Source: Mobula hypostoma (lineage: Eukaryota). Taken from it: DNA of 64,000 nucleotides. Position 1 is the stretch's first letter. Each line of letters begins with the position of its first letter. The stretch covers positions 75,704,001 to 75,768,000 of the forward strand of contig NC_086108.1 of NCBI RefSeq assembly GCF_963921235.1, written 5' to 3'. Made by a program: the position numbers and the translations under genes. The notes below the pieces were generated by a model. It did not search any database, was not told the origin of the DNA, and worked only from the letters and a program-made list of their open reading frames with translations. Below, piece by piece: positions 50,313 to 64,000 of the stretch.

Positions 50313-53300
50313 ATGTGAGTAACGTGAATAATGTGTGCTGCCTTAATGACCATCCCCTGGTAACACTCACATCTACAGTAATGAAATGCTTTGAGAGGTT
50401 GGTCATGACCGGACTGAACTCCTACTTCAGCAAAGACCTAGACCCATTGCAATTTGCCTATCGCACAATAGGTCAACAGCAGATGCAAATCTCAATGGCT
50501 CTTCACACGGCTATAGACCACCCAAACAACACAAACACCCATGTCAAGATGCTGTTCATCAACTATAGCTCAGCATTTAATACCATCATTCCCACAATCC
50601 TGATTGAGAAGTTGCAGAATCTGGGCCTCTGTACCTCCCTCTGCAATTGGATCCTCAACTTCCTTACCGGAAGATCACAATCTGTGAGGATTGGTGATAA
50701 CATCTCCTTGCTGACTATCAACACTGATGCACCTCAGGGGTGTGTGCTTAGCCCACTGCTCAACTCTCTATATACCCATGACTGTGTGGCTAGGCATAGC
50801 TAAAATACCATCTATAAATTTGCTGACAACACATCCATTGTTGGTAGAATCTCAGATGGCGACAAGAGGGCGTACAGGAGCGAGATATGCCAACGTGGAG
50901 TGGTGTCGCATCAACAACCTGGCACTCAGTGACAGTAAGACGATTGTGGACTTCAGGAAGGGTAAGGCAAATGAACACATACCAATCCTCACAGAGGATT
51001 CAGAAGTGGAGAGAGTGAACAGTTTCAAGTTCCTGGGTGTCAAGATCTCTGAATTGAATTGAATTGACTTCATTTCTTACATCTTTCACATACATGAGTA
51101 AAAATCTTTACTTTACGTCTCTGTCTAAATGTGCAATCATAGTCACTTATAATAATTTATAATAAATAGAACAGTCAATGTCACAAAGAAATACACTCAA
51201 ATCAGTGTGAGTTACTCAGTCTGATGGCCTGGGGGAAGCTGCAGCTCCAGAGATCATTGGTGCTAGCTTTCATGCTGCAGTCCCGTTTCCTGGATGGTAG
51301 CAGCTGGAATAGATTGTGATTGGGGTGACTCAGGTTCCGAATGATCCTTCGGGCCCTTTTCTCACACCTGTCTTTGTAAATGTCCTGAATCATGGGAAGT
51401 TCACAACTACAGATGCACTGGGCTGTCTGCACCACTCTCTACAGAATCCTGCGATTAAGGGAGGTACAGTTCCCATACCAGGCAGTGATGCAGCCAGTCA
51501 GGATGCTCCCAGTTGTGCCCCTGTAGAAAGTTCTTAGGATTTGGGGGCCTATACCAAACTTCCTCAACCGTCTGAGGTGAAAGAGGCACTGTTCTGCCTT
51601 TTTCACCACACAGCTGGCGTGTACAGACCACGAGGTCCTTGGTGATGTGGATGCTGAGGAACTTAAAGCTGTTTACCCTCTCAGCCCCAGATCCATTGAT
51701 GTCAATAGGGGTTAGCCCATCTCCATTCCTCCTGTAATCCACAACCAGCTCCTTTGTTTTTGTGACATTGAAGGAGAAGTTGTTTTCTTGACACCACTGT
51801 GTCAGAGGTGACTTCTTCCCTGTAGGCCACCTCGTTATTGTTTGAGATAAGGCCAATCAATGCAGTGTCAGCAAATTTAATTAGCAGATTAGAGCTGTGG
51901 GTGGCGAGACAGTAATGGGTATACAGGGAGTAAAGGAGGGGACCTAGTACACAGTCCTGAGAGGCTCCTGTGTTGAGAGTCAGAGGGGTGGAGGTGAGGG
52001 AGCCCACTCTTACCACCTGCCAGCAATCTGACAGGAAGTCCAGGATCCAGCAGCACAAGGCAGGGTGAAGGCTGAGGTCTCTGAGCTTCTGGTCCAGCCT
52101 GGATGAAATTATGGTGTTAAATGCTGAACTGTAGTCCAAGAACAGCAAACTCACATAACCATCCTTCTTCTCCAGATGTGTAAGGATGGTATGTAGAGCG
52201 GTGCCTATTGCGTCATCTGTCTATCAATTTGTTGGTAGGCAAACTGTAGGGAGTTCCAGTTTGGGTGGTAACAAGCTGCAGATGTAATCCTTGACCAGCC
52301 TCTCAAAACATTTGTTTATTATTGAGATGAGTGCGACAGGACGCCAGTCTTTCAGGCATGTTACTTTGGTCTTTTTTTTTGTACAGGGACAATGGTGGAT
52401 AATTTGAAGTATGAGGATACTCTACACTGGGAGAGGGAGAGATTAAAAATGTCTGTAAACACACCTGCCAGTTGTGCTGTGCACATACTGAGTACTCGCC
52501 CTAGGATGTCGTCTGGTCCTACAGCCTTGCGACTATCCACTTGTTGGAAACATCTACATATCTCAGCCTCAGAGATGACCAGGTTGCAGGTTATAGCGGC
52601 GGCTCTCCTCAGAGGCTCAGAGTTAGCGACATCGAACCAAGCATAAAAGCATTTGAGCTCACCTGGGAGAGAGGCCGTGATGTTGGCGGCACCACTACTT
52701 TTGGCTTGGAAGTCTGTGATGGAATGCAACCCTCACCACAATTCACATGTGCTATTCATTATGAATCTTGACTCCATCTTGTCCCTGTATTGTTGTTTTG
52801 CAGCCTTGATAGCTTTGCGCAAATCGTAGCTGCTTTTCTTAAACTCCTACTGATTGCCAGCAGCGTAAGCTCTGTGTCACGCGTTAAGTGCTGCTCACAC
52901 GGAGCTATTGATCGAGGGTTTATCGTTCAGGAAGACACTGACTGACTTCTGGGGGACAACATCATCGATGCACTTCCAGATGAAGCAAGTGACCCCATTC
53001 GGGAACTCGGAGACATCCTCATCACGGAAGACATTCCAGTCAACGTCATCGAAGCATTCCTGCAGCATGGAGATCGATTGGTCGATCCAACAGTGGATGG
53101 TTTTAATCTGAGGACCTAATCTGGTCCCAACAGATCAATGCAGTTATAAAGTAGGCAAGACAGAGACTATACTTCAATAGGAGTATGAAGAAATTTGGTG
53201 TGTCAACAAATAAACTCAAAAACATCTACAGATGTACTGTGGAGAGCATTCTGATAGGCTGCATCACTGTCTGGTATGGGGGGGGGTCTACTGCACAGGA

Positions 53301-53765
53301 GCGAAAGAAACTGCAGAGGGTTGTAAATTTAGTCGGCTCCATCTTGGGTACTAGCCTACAAAGTACCTAGGACATCTTCAGGGAGCAGTGTCCCAGAAGG
53401 CAGCATTCATTATTAAGGACCTCCAGCACCCAGGGCATGCCTTTTTCTCACTGTTACCATCAGGTAGGAGGTACAGAAGCCTGAAGGCACATACTCAGTG
53501 ATTCAGGAACAGCTTCTTCCCCTCTGCCATCCAATTCCTTAATGGACATTGAACCCTTGAACACTACCTCACTTTTTAAAAAAAATATACATTTGTTTTT
53601 GCAAGATTTTTAATCTATTCAATTTACATATATTGTAATTGATTTACTTATTTATTATTCTATCTTGTTTTTTTCCTTCTATATTATGTATTGCATTGAA
53701 CTGCTGCTGCTAAGTTAACATATTTCACAACACATGCCAGTGATAGTAAACCTGATGCTGATTTT
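50313..53765 (+). mobile_element. Rex1/Babar LINE (50313-51051 and 53107-53765), split by an antisense Rex1 copy
   Basis: ORF 50315..50803 contains MKCFERLV...DPLQFAY...INYSSAFNTII...PQGCVLSPLL. The host sequence aagatctctga|ggaccta rejoins across the insert. Confidence 0.88.
51052..53106 (-). mobile_element. Antisense Rex1/Babar LINE nested in a Rex1 LINE
   Basis: Minus ORFs contain KAVGPDDILGRVL...FTDIFNLSL and LDYSSAFNTI. Tail seen as (gaatt)n at 51051-51066. Confidence 0.88.
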
Positions 53766-53774
53766 GATTCCTAT

Positions 53775-54945
53775 CCTATCTGCTGTGCCTTTTTCCAGTT
53801 CCTTTGCCTCCATGTCTGGTCCCAGCATGACGCTTTCCTTTCCAGGACATCAGAGATGTTCTCCTCCTTCAAAGAACGGGGTTTCCCATTCTCCACCATT
53901 GATGCTGCCTTCATCTGCATCACCTCCATTTCCTGGATATCCGTGTTCACCTTATTTTCCTGCCGCTTTAACAGGGATAGAGTTTTTCTTGTCCTCACCT
54001 ACCACTGTGTGAGCCTCAGCATCCAATATATCATTTTCCCCAAATTCTGCCACCCCAACAAAATCCTGCCACCAAGAACACCTTTACCTCCCCTTCCCAT
54101 GCCCCCATCCTCTGCAGGGATTGTTCCCACTGTGGTTCGACTGCCCATTCATCTCTCCCAACTAAGTTCCCTCCTAGCACTATCCGTGGAAACTGCAGAA
54201 GTGCTACACCTGCCCATTCACCTCCTCTATCATCTCCATTCAAGGCCCTAAACACTCCTTCCAGGTGAGGCAACACTTCACCTGCAAATCCGCTGGGACT
54301 CACCTACTGTTTCTGGTGCTCTCGATGCAGCCTCCTCAACACAGACTGTGGAACCACTTTGTCGAGCACCTCCACTCCATCCACAAAAAATGGAATCACC
54401 TGGTGGCCAACCATTTTAGTTCCTATCCCCATTTCCATTCCGACATATCAGTCCAAGGTCTCCTCTTCTGCCATAAAGAGGCAAATCTCAGGTTGGTGGA
54501 GTAACACCTTGTATTCCATCTAGGTAGCTTCCAACCTGATGGCACGAACATCAATTTATCTGACTTCCTGTCATTTTCCCCCTTCCCCAATTCCCTACTC
54601 TGCTTTCTTGCCACTTCTCCTCACCTGCCTCCCAACAGCTTCTGATGCCTCTCCTCCTTCCCTTTCTCGTATGCTCCACTCTCCTCCCGTCATATCCCTT
54701 CTTCTCCAGCCTTTAATTTTCTGACCAACCATTTCCCAACTTCTTATTTTTCCTCACCCGCCCCCCCCACCCCAAACAGGCTTCACCTATCATCTTCTAG
54801 CTTGTTATTCTTCCTCTCTCCTATTCTAGCAACTCCCCCTTCTTTTCCAGTCCTGATGAAATGTCTTGGCCGAAAATATTGATTATTCATTCGTTTCCAT
54901 AGATGCTACCTGGCCAGCTAAGTTCCTCCAGCATTCTGTGCCTTT
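53775..54945 (+). mobile_element. Penelope C-terminal/GIY-YIG region and 3' terminal repeat with decayed hammerhead
   Basis: Contains FKERGFPFSTIDAA..NRDRVFLVLTYH, RQHFTC and FVEHLHSI. Motif ccagtc-CTGATGA-aatgtcttggcc-GAAA at ~54847-54875. Confidence 0.8.
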
Positions 54946-56319
54946 CTTTGGTGGGGACGCTCCTTTTTTTTTACCTCATTGCTATACAGACACTGGTGAA
55001 AAAGCTTGTTTCTTTGGCATAAATTAACCTTTAGTTCAAAGTTTTCTATAGTTGCATAATAAATCAATTTTCTAAAGCCTTTTTGTCAAGATGAAAAGCC
55101 CAAACGTTTATTACACAATTTTTACTCATGCCACAATACCTCCACTCCAGCAGCATTATGGCATTTCTTGCCCAAAACATTTTCAGCACTGGAATGTCTA
55201 CTTAGCATTACAGCAGCTGAGAAAGGACAAAGCATCCAAGGTGTAAGGTGTGACAACCCCAAGGCCGGGACTTCTGAACACCTTACTACTACCCAGTACA
55301 CATTATTTATTACAGCACCAACATCATACTGTTGTATATTTACTCACATGTTGTATATGCACTGTCAATTTGTCCTTCATTTGTTAACATTGTGATAAAT
55401 TATTTTATATGCTGTACGTGATAGATGAACAGTATTTTACACCTTGGTCCCCTAGGAATGTTATTTTGCTTAGTTGTATACATGCGTATAGTCGAGTAAC
55501 ACTAAACTTGAACCTGTGTGGTCAGGTCAATGCTGAACATCACATCCTCAGATCTATAATTTACAGAACTTAGTTATATGGTTCAACAGTCTGATGGCTT
55601 GCTAAACTGCTTCAAATCAAAATAAGGCTTTTTTAATACAGCATCTCATCCTCCACAGTGCTGGAATCTTTTAAAGCCATCCAATTGACTTCAAGGAACA
55701 AATGATGCATGATAACTGAATTGGCAGTCGATAGATAACTGGTTTACTTGCAAAATAGATATTTTCTGTCCTATGTTCGTTATAGAACTAACATTTGCTG
55801 CATAACACAGGAAAACAGAGAGGGCCCAGAGGCCCTTTGAGCCTGTCCTGCCATTTACTATGATCACAGGTGATCTATGTAGATGTTAACTCCTCTTCTG
55901 TGACACTTCTTCATACCCCTGTTCCCTGGTCCATCAAATATTTATCCACCTCTACTTTAAATATTTACAATGATCCAGTTTCTACCAGCTGCTGAGGCTG
56001 AGCATTCCAGAGATTCACCACTATGTGAGAAATTCTTAATATATACTTTATTCTTAAATGACCAGCCCCTTGTATTGTGAACTCATGTTCAAGACCATCC
56101 CACTACTGAAAACATTTCAACGAATACCCTGTCAAAGCTACTTCAGATACGTTTGAGTAGAGTCACCCCTCATTCTTCTCAACCTCAAAGAACCACTTTG
56201 TCTCTCTTTGCAAGGTAACCGTTTCATCCCAGGAGTCAGCCTGATGAAACTTGTTTGTACCATCTCTAACACTGAACGATGGCCAAAATGCCATGTGTCA
56301 CCTTAATGACTTGGTATAC

Positions 56320-58350
56320 TGCTTGCTCACCATCACAAGTCTATGTACTTAACCACCTGCTTTATTCACTTGATACCCATGATTGTATGGCCAAGTATAG
56401 CTCCAATGCCTTATTTAAGTTTGCTGATGTCACCACTGTTGCCAGCCAAATCATAGGTGGTGACAAATCAACATATATGATGGAGATTGAATATCTAGTT
56501 GAACGGTGCCACAACAACCTCTGACTCAATGTCAGCAGAACTAGAAAGCTAATTTTCAGCTACAGGAAGAAGATAGAGGTTCATGAGCCAGTGCTCATTC
56601 GGAGTTCAGATGTTGAGAGGGATGGTAGAGAGATCCTTGGCGTCATCAAACACTAGTGAAGTTTAGTGCAGATACACTCGTGAAGTTTAAGAGACTACTA
56701 GACAGGTATATGGAGGAATTTAAGGTGGGGGCTTATATGGGAGGCAGGGTTTGAGGGTCGGCACAACATTGTGGGCCAAAGGGCCTGTACTGTGCTGTAC
56801 TATTCTATGATCTATCAAATCAGAGGATCTGTCCTGAGACCACCATGCAAGTATTATCACAAAGGCAGCAAAACAGTGCCTCTACTTTCTTTAAAAATTT
56901 GCATGTATTTCACATGTCATCAGTAACTTTGACAAACTTCTATAGATGCATAGTAGAGAGTATCCTAACTGGTTGCATCATGGCCTGATCTGGAAATTCC
57001 AATGCACAGGAACTGAAAAGTCTACAGAAAGTGGCAGATAAAGCCCATCCACCACAGCCAAAGCCCTTCCCACCACTGAGCACATTTACATGGACTGCTG
57101 CCAAAAGAAAGCAACATCAATGACCCCCACAATCAAGGCCATGCCCACTTCTCACTACCACCATTAGGCAGGAGGTACCACACCACCAGATTATTACCCT
57201 ACAACCATCAAGCTCCTAAACTGGTATGGACAAGACCATAAGACAAAGGAGCAAAATTAGGCCATTTCACCCTCAAGTCTGCTCCACCATTCCATAATGG
57301 CTGATTTAGTATCCCTCTCAAACCCATTCTCCTCATAACTTTTGATACCCTTAGTAATTAAGAACCAATTATCTTCTGCTTTAAATATTCCCCAGGTCTC
57401 TGTACCTCCCTCAGTAACTGATCATTGACTTCCTCATCAGGAGGTCACAGTCATTGACAACACTGATGCTCCTCGGGGATGCGTACTTACACCACTACTC
57501 CACACTCTCTACACCCATGACTCCATGGCAAGGCACAGCCCAAACCCCATCTACAATATAAATTTGCAGATGTCACAACTATCGTTGGCAGAATTTCAGA
57601 TGGCAACAAGGAGACCTTGCACTCAACATCAGTAAGACAAAGGAATTGATTGTGGACTTCAGGAAGGGGAAGTCAATGGAACACACACCAGTCCTCATCA
57701 AGGAATCAGCAGAGGAAAGGGTGAGCTGTTTTAAGTTCCTGGGTGTCAATACATCTGAAGATCTATTCTGGGCTCAACATACTGATTCAATTACAAAGAT
57801 AGCACGACAGCAGATGTATTTCATTAGGAGTTAGAGGAGACATGGTATGATACAAAAGACTCTCAGAAATTTCTACAGATGGAGAGCATTCTAACTAGTT
57901 GCATTATTATATGGCATGGAGGGGCCATTACAGAGGATTGGAAAAAGCTGCAGGAAGCTGTAAACTCAGCCAGCCCCATTATGAGCACTAGCTTCCCCAG
58001 CAACAAGAACACCTTCAAAAGGTGATGCCTCAAAAAAAAATGGCATCCATCATCAAGGAAACTATCACCTAAGAAATGCCCTCTTCTCACTGCTATCACC
58101 AAGGTGGTACAGGAGCCCAAGGACACACACTCAACATTTCAGTAACAGCTTCTTCCCTTCCACCATCAGATTTTTGAATGGACCATGAACCCATTTATAC
58201 TTCCTCACTATTTTATTTTCTTTTCCTCTCTTTTTGGACAACTTATTTATGTTTTTTGTTTCCTCCTGTAATTTATAGTTTTTATTATGTAATGTACTGC
58301 TGCTGCAAAACAAAATTCATGGCATACAGTATGCCAGAGATACTTAACCC
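56320..58350 (+). mobile_element. Cluster of Rex1-type and CR1 3' fragments
   Basis: Contains FKFADVTTV and IVDFRKGK..FKFLGV motifs; a CR1 tail at ~56665-56812. Confidence 0.7.
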
Positions 58351-59507
58351 AGTTCCGATTCCAATGATGTGAGCAATGAATTGCAGATTCACCACCCTCT
58401 GAATAAATACACTCACAACTACGAACCGAGAACCGGCTCACTTTCAAGGATTCTTTACAATCTATGTTCTCGACATTTATTTTATTATTTGTACAGTTTG
58501 TCTTCTTTTGCACATCAGTTGTTTGTCAATGTTTATAAATTTTATTATATTTCTTTAATTTCTTGTAAATGCCCACAATAAAATGAATCTCAAGGTACTA
58601 ACATGTGTATACTGTGATAATGAGCTTTACTTCAATTTAGCTAGCATTTTGTGATTCATGCTCCAGAACAACTCTATACCCCGCTACTTCACTCGCCGTC
58701 TCTCTCCATTTAGATTAATTTGGCTCTTGTTTTCTCTTACTGAAATGCATGACCTCGTACTTGCCAACATTAAACTCCATGTATCAGTCTATGACTGCCT
58801 CAGTACAACACAGAAATGAGGATTTTATAGCCCCGCTAACAACTCTGGGAGTCTTAAACAGTCACGATACTGTAGGTATCTGAGCACATTTACTACAACC
58901 GCAATTTTGTTCATTCCTTGAATCAACATCTATGCAATGAATAAACTTTGCTACATTAAAAGAGATGTGCTATAAGTACTAACAAAATGGATCACAAACT
59001 GTCCCACTATTTACTCATTTCAACACCAAGCACAAAACCACATAGTAGTTCCACATGCTCTCAATACCAACCAGCTTGCTTCATAAGAGAACAGATTAAT
59101 GGAACTAAGTCTCCTACTTGAACAGCTCTAGGAGGAAGAACTCAGCCATGAGATGCAAATAGATACAAGCAGCCAAAGAAATAATTTGCTGTTGATCATT
59201 ACAAGGTCACCATAAAAATGTCAAAAATCTGCCAAATTACCCGAGATTTTCTAGCTTCCATATGGAGGTTGGGAAGAAGGATGTAGATCTTCTGTTTCAA
59301 GCTACTCAGCCCACATCACAGGGTGAAATTTTTAGATCGATGGCTGAAGTGCCAAATATTTGTACTCTGCAGGTTCTTTTGTAGGTTCATGTGGAAGGAG
59401 CACAAATTTAATAGTGCTGGAAGTTATAGTTCAAATGAAAACAAATGAAGTGTAAATAATTTTTTAAAAAATATTTTCTTAAGTTAAGTGTTTGCAATCT
59501 AGGAATA

Positions 59508-59822
59508 AAGTAAAGGCATCCGTTAGTCTTGCGAGACATGGATCTGCGCCTGGAAAGTCTTCACTCTCCAGGGCACAGGCCTGGGCAAGGTTTTATGGAA
59601 GACTAGCAGTTGCCCATACTGCAAGTCTCCCCTCTCCACGACACCGATGTTGTCCAAGGGAAGGGCATTAGGGCCCATACAGCTTGGCACCAGTGTCGTC
59701 GCAGAGCAATGTGTGATTAAGTGCCTTGCTCAAGGACACAACACGTTGCCTTGGCTGGGGCTCAAACTCACGACCTTCAGATTGCTAGTCAAATGCCTTA
59801 ACCACTTGGCCACGTGCCCACA
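59508..59822 (-). mobile_element. Full-length tRNA-derived SINE
   Basis: Exact 13-bp TSD caatctaggaata (59495-59507 / 59823-59835). Head gtggccaagtggttaaggc ... gtgagtttgagcccc (A and B boxes). Confidence 0.85.
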
Positions 59823-60170
59823 CAATCTAGGAATAGCCTGCAATAAACTGTCAAAATAAATTCTCCCAGGTTTAGATAAAGCTCTCAAACCTAACTGCGT
59901 ACAATGTTTTTAACCTGACTATATTTTTAACCTAACTGCGTAAAATGTTGAGCTTCTCACAAAGTTGGGCTGCAAAGAGTAAAGACACAGCCATTCCCCA
60001 GATGGGAAATCTGTCTACAGAATCCAGATGTTGTTTAGAGGCAGCATCTCAATTCATTTGAATGGAGAGAAATTACAGAAGCAAAAGGTAAGCTTTACAT
60101 AAAAAAGTTAAACAGAGTTAAAAAGAAATGTATTGTGATACCACTACCAGCTACTGACTTAGTAACTTAC

Positions 60171-60219
60171 TTCAGTTAATGCATGCAGTTGGCCTTCATG
60201 AACACAAACACCCATAAAC
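60171..60219 (-). CDS. TESK2: TESK2 exon (kinase subdomains IV-V); earlier exons lie beyond the window
   Basis: ttgcag|G...GAA|gtaagt. Encodes FMGVCVHEGQLHALTE; 49 nt. Confidence 0.95.
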
Positions 60220-61674
60220 CTGCAAAACAAAACAAAAAAAAAACATCATATTTCACCCATTTCATAGTGAGGAATCATTCAGTACACCTCTAGGCTAAAG
60301 TGAATAAATTTTGAAAATAATGGAAAACAGAACAACTTAAAATTATTAACCACTAAAAAAAATGTCATGACTAGTCAGAAGCACCATTTCCAATTTCTTT
60401 GTGTATTTTCCCAAATAATGTTTGCTCATGTCTTTACCTCCATAGTGACAAGAGTTTGAAAAATGACCACTTTCATTTCATACGCATGACATACCCATTG
60501 TTCCAGGTTAGTATATCCTCTAACGCATTACAAGTTTTGTTACCAACTGCTTAAATTCTTTTTTTTAATCTGAAGACCAAATCTGAGCATCTTAAAGATC
60601 AGATCCTAAATTGAAACATGCATGTTGATATAAATTCACTACACAGAATAACCAATTTATATTCTGGATTATCTTACATTAAGTAACCAAAGTTTTAAGG
60701 AAGGCCATTGTTCTACCATTAGAATTTTATTTCCTTGAATGTGAACAAAATAGTGACAGCTATATTTAAACATAATGAAGGGTTCTCGTTAACCTTCACT
60801 TACAACTCCATGAAGAATTTGTAAAGGCTTCATATTGTAAGTCAGTACTTTGAATTATCATTTAGTTCTGAGACCCTGGGTTCCACAAGGGCTACTTGTT
60901 TACAAATCCTGATCCAAACACTGACTTAAAAGCAGAAGTCTCTAAAACTAATTTGGTAAAGCACAGCAAAAAGAAAACCTATGGTAAAACAAAAATTGAG
61001 AACCAAGAATATTGGAGTCACATCAAGGACAAAGATGGCTGGATTCAGTAGTACAAACTGGTCCTGCATATTTCAAACTGGTACCACTAAACGTTCCAAA
61101 ATAATAAGTTACAAGGCAACAGGAACAGTAAATCATTCAAAAGATGATCTCAACTTCACTTCTGGGTTTCCATTCAATTTATTTAACGACTGAGCATCCA
61201 TACCACTCCTAGGATAGAAAAAAAATTAGACACAACCCTTAAATTTCACATTTCTAACCTTACTCTTATGGTGTCAACTTTCCTTTTGAAGGTCCTGATC
61301 AGCAATCTTAGTTCTATAGACTACTCGCACAAGTCGAAGAATCCTAAATGTTGAGTTAATTACCCTTATTATCCCAATTTTCAGATTCACATCATGGAGT
61401 TCAGAACTAAGAGCAAGCACAACGCTTTATTAACTGGTATGTGATTCTGTGCCAAGTTTAATACCATCAGCAACAAGGAGACTAAACAGATACCTTGGAC
61501 ATTCAATGGCATTACCACCCTCAATTTTTCAACTGTTAGTCCGAAACCAAAGTGATGCAGCCATGCAAATGAGTTGGCTAATCAAATCAGAAGCAAGACC
61601 TCTGCTGGTAAATCACTCATCATCTGACATCCCAAGCCTTACCACCACAAGGCAGACTAGGAGCACAACAGAAT

Positions 61675-62972
61675 GTGAATACCAGGATCTGATAGAGCAG
61701 TGCAGAAACGGGGTGGAGTGCAAGCTTATAGAGGTGGAGTGTAGAGGTTTTGCTGGTTCATTGTTGTCACGGACCCCGTGACGGGGATAAAGAACCAGCA
61801 GAAATAGAAACCACTTTGGAGTCTCATATTGCTATAAACTTCTAATATTTATTAGTAACTATGCAATACAGTAATATAAATGTAGATAAATCAAACAGGT
61901 TAGCAATGATTATATATAAAAGTAAATGTGGAATATATATGTACAAAAACCAAGCTTCTTTAAGTTTAAGGGGTAAAAAGATACAGTCTTACGATGTTGA
62001 GTACAGTTTGTGGTATTTAGTTGAGTAGCGATGGAGAGAGTGAGAGAGAGAGAGAGCGATAGAGAGTGTTGAGTCTTCAGGTGAGCTGATACCATCAATC
62101 TTCTCGTCGTCCTCCAAAATCCTTCACAAGTCACCGACTGTGACTTTAACCAGGGGAGCCAGTCTTCCTGTGGTGGAGCTATCACCCAGGTGAGGGTGGA
62201 CACATAGACAACTCCCCACCAGTTAACCCCTTCTCCTTCAAACTGGAATAGCAATTTGGATCGATCCGCCTGACTGATCCTCCAAAATCCACTTTCTCTG
62301 CGGGCATAACAATGCTCATTCGGTGTCCAGATCATGTGTCCTGAGGTCTGTATCATCTGACCTCCCATTTATTTCTCTGTGCTGAGCATCACCTGTCATT
62401 CAAAGAGTCGCTCCCTCCTTTGTCTGTAAAGGAGTACAAGCAGGCAACAAGTCCTTGGAAGTAACATCATCAACCTGCTGAAAATCATAACATTGAGTGT
62501 CCACCGCCTTCGGTCACCATAGCAACTTACGAGCTGCTTGGTGCTGTCTCCAACTCCAAACTCAGTAAAAATCCAGTTACTCCCAATGCCTTAAAGTGAC
62601 AGTCCAACTGTTAAATCTTCGTCTCTCTCTCTCTCTTCAAAAGCAACATATCGGTGGTAAATAACTGTCTCTCTCTCCTTTCCAAAAAAACCATCAATGA
62701 TAAATGTCTCTCTCCAAACAGTTAATAGGGGTACTCCAGGATCCCCTCACACTGTGTAGAACCTACTCTTTCCTTGGCATTACAGGGCTGCAAAGAGCCA
62801 GAAGCTGCTGTACGAGCCTCCAGATGGCTATGGATCAAGAGGTGCGACCCATGGACCAATGCTGCTGGGACACAAGCCAGGGCCTGATCAACCCTGGCTG
62901 GGTTACCTGAGTGAGGGCATCTGAGTGAAAGATCTGAAACACCCAATGGCCCCAGGTTACATCACTGATGTG
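61675..62972 (+). mobile_element. Hero-like (restriction-like endonuclease) non-LTR 3' fragment, interrupted by a solo LTR
   Basis: Removing 61765-62755 gives EYQDLIEQCRNG..IEVECRGFAGSL-CRTYSFLGITG, followed (frameshifted) by RASRWLWIKR. Confidence 0.65.
61765..62751 (-). mobile_element. Solo LTR (Gypsy-like)
   Basis: Termini TGTCAC...CTCACA. 4-bp TSD ttgt/ctgt. AATAAA on - near 61848. Splits a recognisable host reading frame. Confidence 0.75.
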
Positions 62973-63489
62973 ACCAATACATCCTAGGATGCATCTCATC
63001 CAAGTATAATTCTGTTCACAATTGCACACAATAGCTGGAGATTCATCAAACAGCAACACTCTCAGAAGCTGCAATTTTTACCAGCTGAGAGAAAAAGGAA
63101 ACAAAGCATACAACCTGCCAAGGAATAATAAATGCTGATTCCATTCCTTTATCTGGAGTCATAGAAAGAAAAAGGAGGCAATGCAAAAGATTCCCTTCCT
63201 TGACATTAAAAAGGTTTTTAAATGATAATTTGATAGTTTGTACTGATTACTAATTTTATTAATCTAAATTTAAATTCCACAGCTGTCACATGGTGGAATT
63301 TGAATCACCAATCCAGATCCAAGTGCTGCACAACCATTACAATAATACTGAACTATACAATGTACCAGAATCTACAGCGAAGTATATTGCATCGTCACTG
63401 TAATAACGTTGGGCAAACAGGCCAATAATTTCATACCTAGCAAGCTCCCACAAACTACATTATAACCGAAAAACAGTATTCTGAGACTT

Positions 63490-64000
63490 GAGAACAGACC
63501 AATACAGCACAGTACAGGGTCTTTGGCCCATAATGCTGTGCCGACCTTTTAACCTACTCCGAAAATCAGTCTAATCCTTCCTTTTACAGAGCTGTCAATT
63601 GTCCTTTTATCTATGTGCCCAAGTGTCTTTTAAATGGCCCTAATGTATCTGCCTCTACCACCATCCCTGGCAGAGCATTTCTCACACTTACTATTCTGTA
63701 TAAGAAAATCCTCTCTGATACCCCTCTTCCCCCATGCACCCCCCCCCACATACTTTTCAACAATTATCCTCAAATGACGTCCTTGCATATTAGCCATTGC
63801 CACACGAGGGAAACAGGTGCTGGCTGTCCACTCTGTCTATGCCTCTTATCATATACACCTTAATCAAGTCACCTCTCATCCACCTTCACTCTAAAAAGAA
63901 AAACTCTGGCACATGCAACCTTTCCTCACAAGCCATGTTCTCTATTCCAGGCAGCATCCTGATAAATTATCTCTGCATCCTCTCTAAAGCTTACACATCC
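63490..64000 (-). mobile_element. CR1 3' fragment
   Basis: Similar to the CR1 3' ends at 7380-7850 and 25290-25570. Confidence 0.75.

Noticed and set aside
59745..59822. tRNA gene
   Set aside because: The A/B boxes belong to a SINE head with a body and 13-bp TSD; no complete cloverleaf.

Overview
Vertebrate genomic DNA. The repeat landscape of CR1, Rex1/Babar, Penelope, Tc1 and tRNA-SINEs suggests a cartilaginous fish, probably a ray (inference). Two host genes lie tail-to-tail. On + are the last two coding exons of TOE1 (3916-4087, 5697-6383). On - are eight coding exons of the kinase TESK2 (60219 down to 16348), followed by an apparently ~6.5 kb repeat-poor 3' UTR. All exon phases join in frame with GT-AG boundaries. 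The introns are full of transposable elements. Main points: (1) a dispersed family of Penelope-derived terminal repeats carrying minimal type-I hammerhead ribozyme motifs, whose helix III can form only as a dimer, including ~100-bp-arm palindromic insertions with 14-bp TSDs; (2) an internally deleted Academ (XPG-type) DNA transposon with TAG...CTA ~130-bp TIRs and an ATA TSD, at the centre of a four-level nest (CR1 > Academ > Penelope palindrome > Rex1, plus a Tc1); (3) fragments of rarer non-LTR clades (Ingi/Vingi-like; Hero-like with a solo LTR inside). Repeat family names come from motif recognition only, not database searches.
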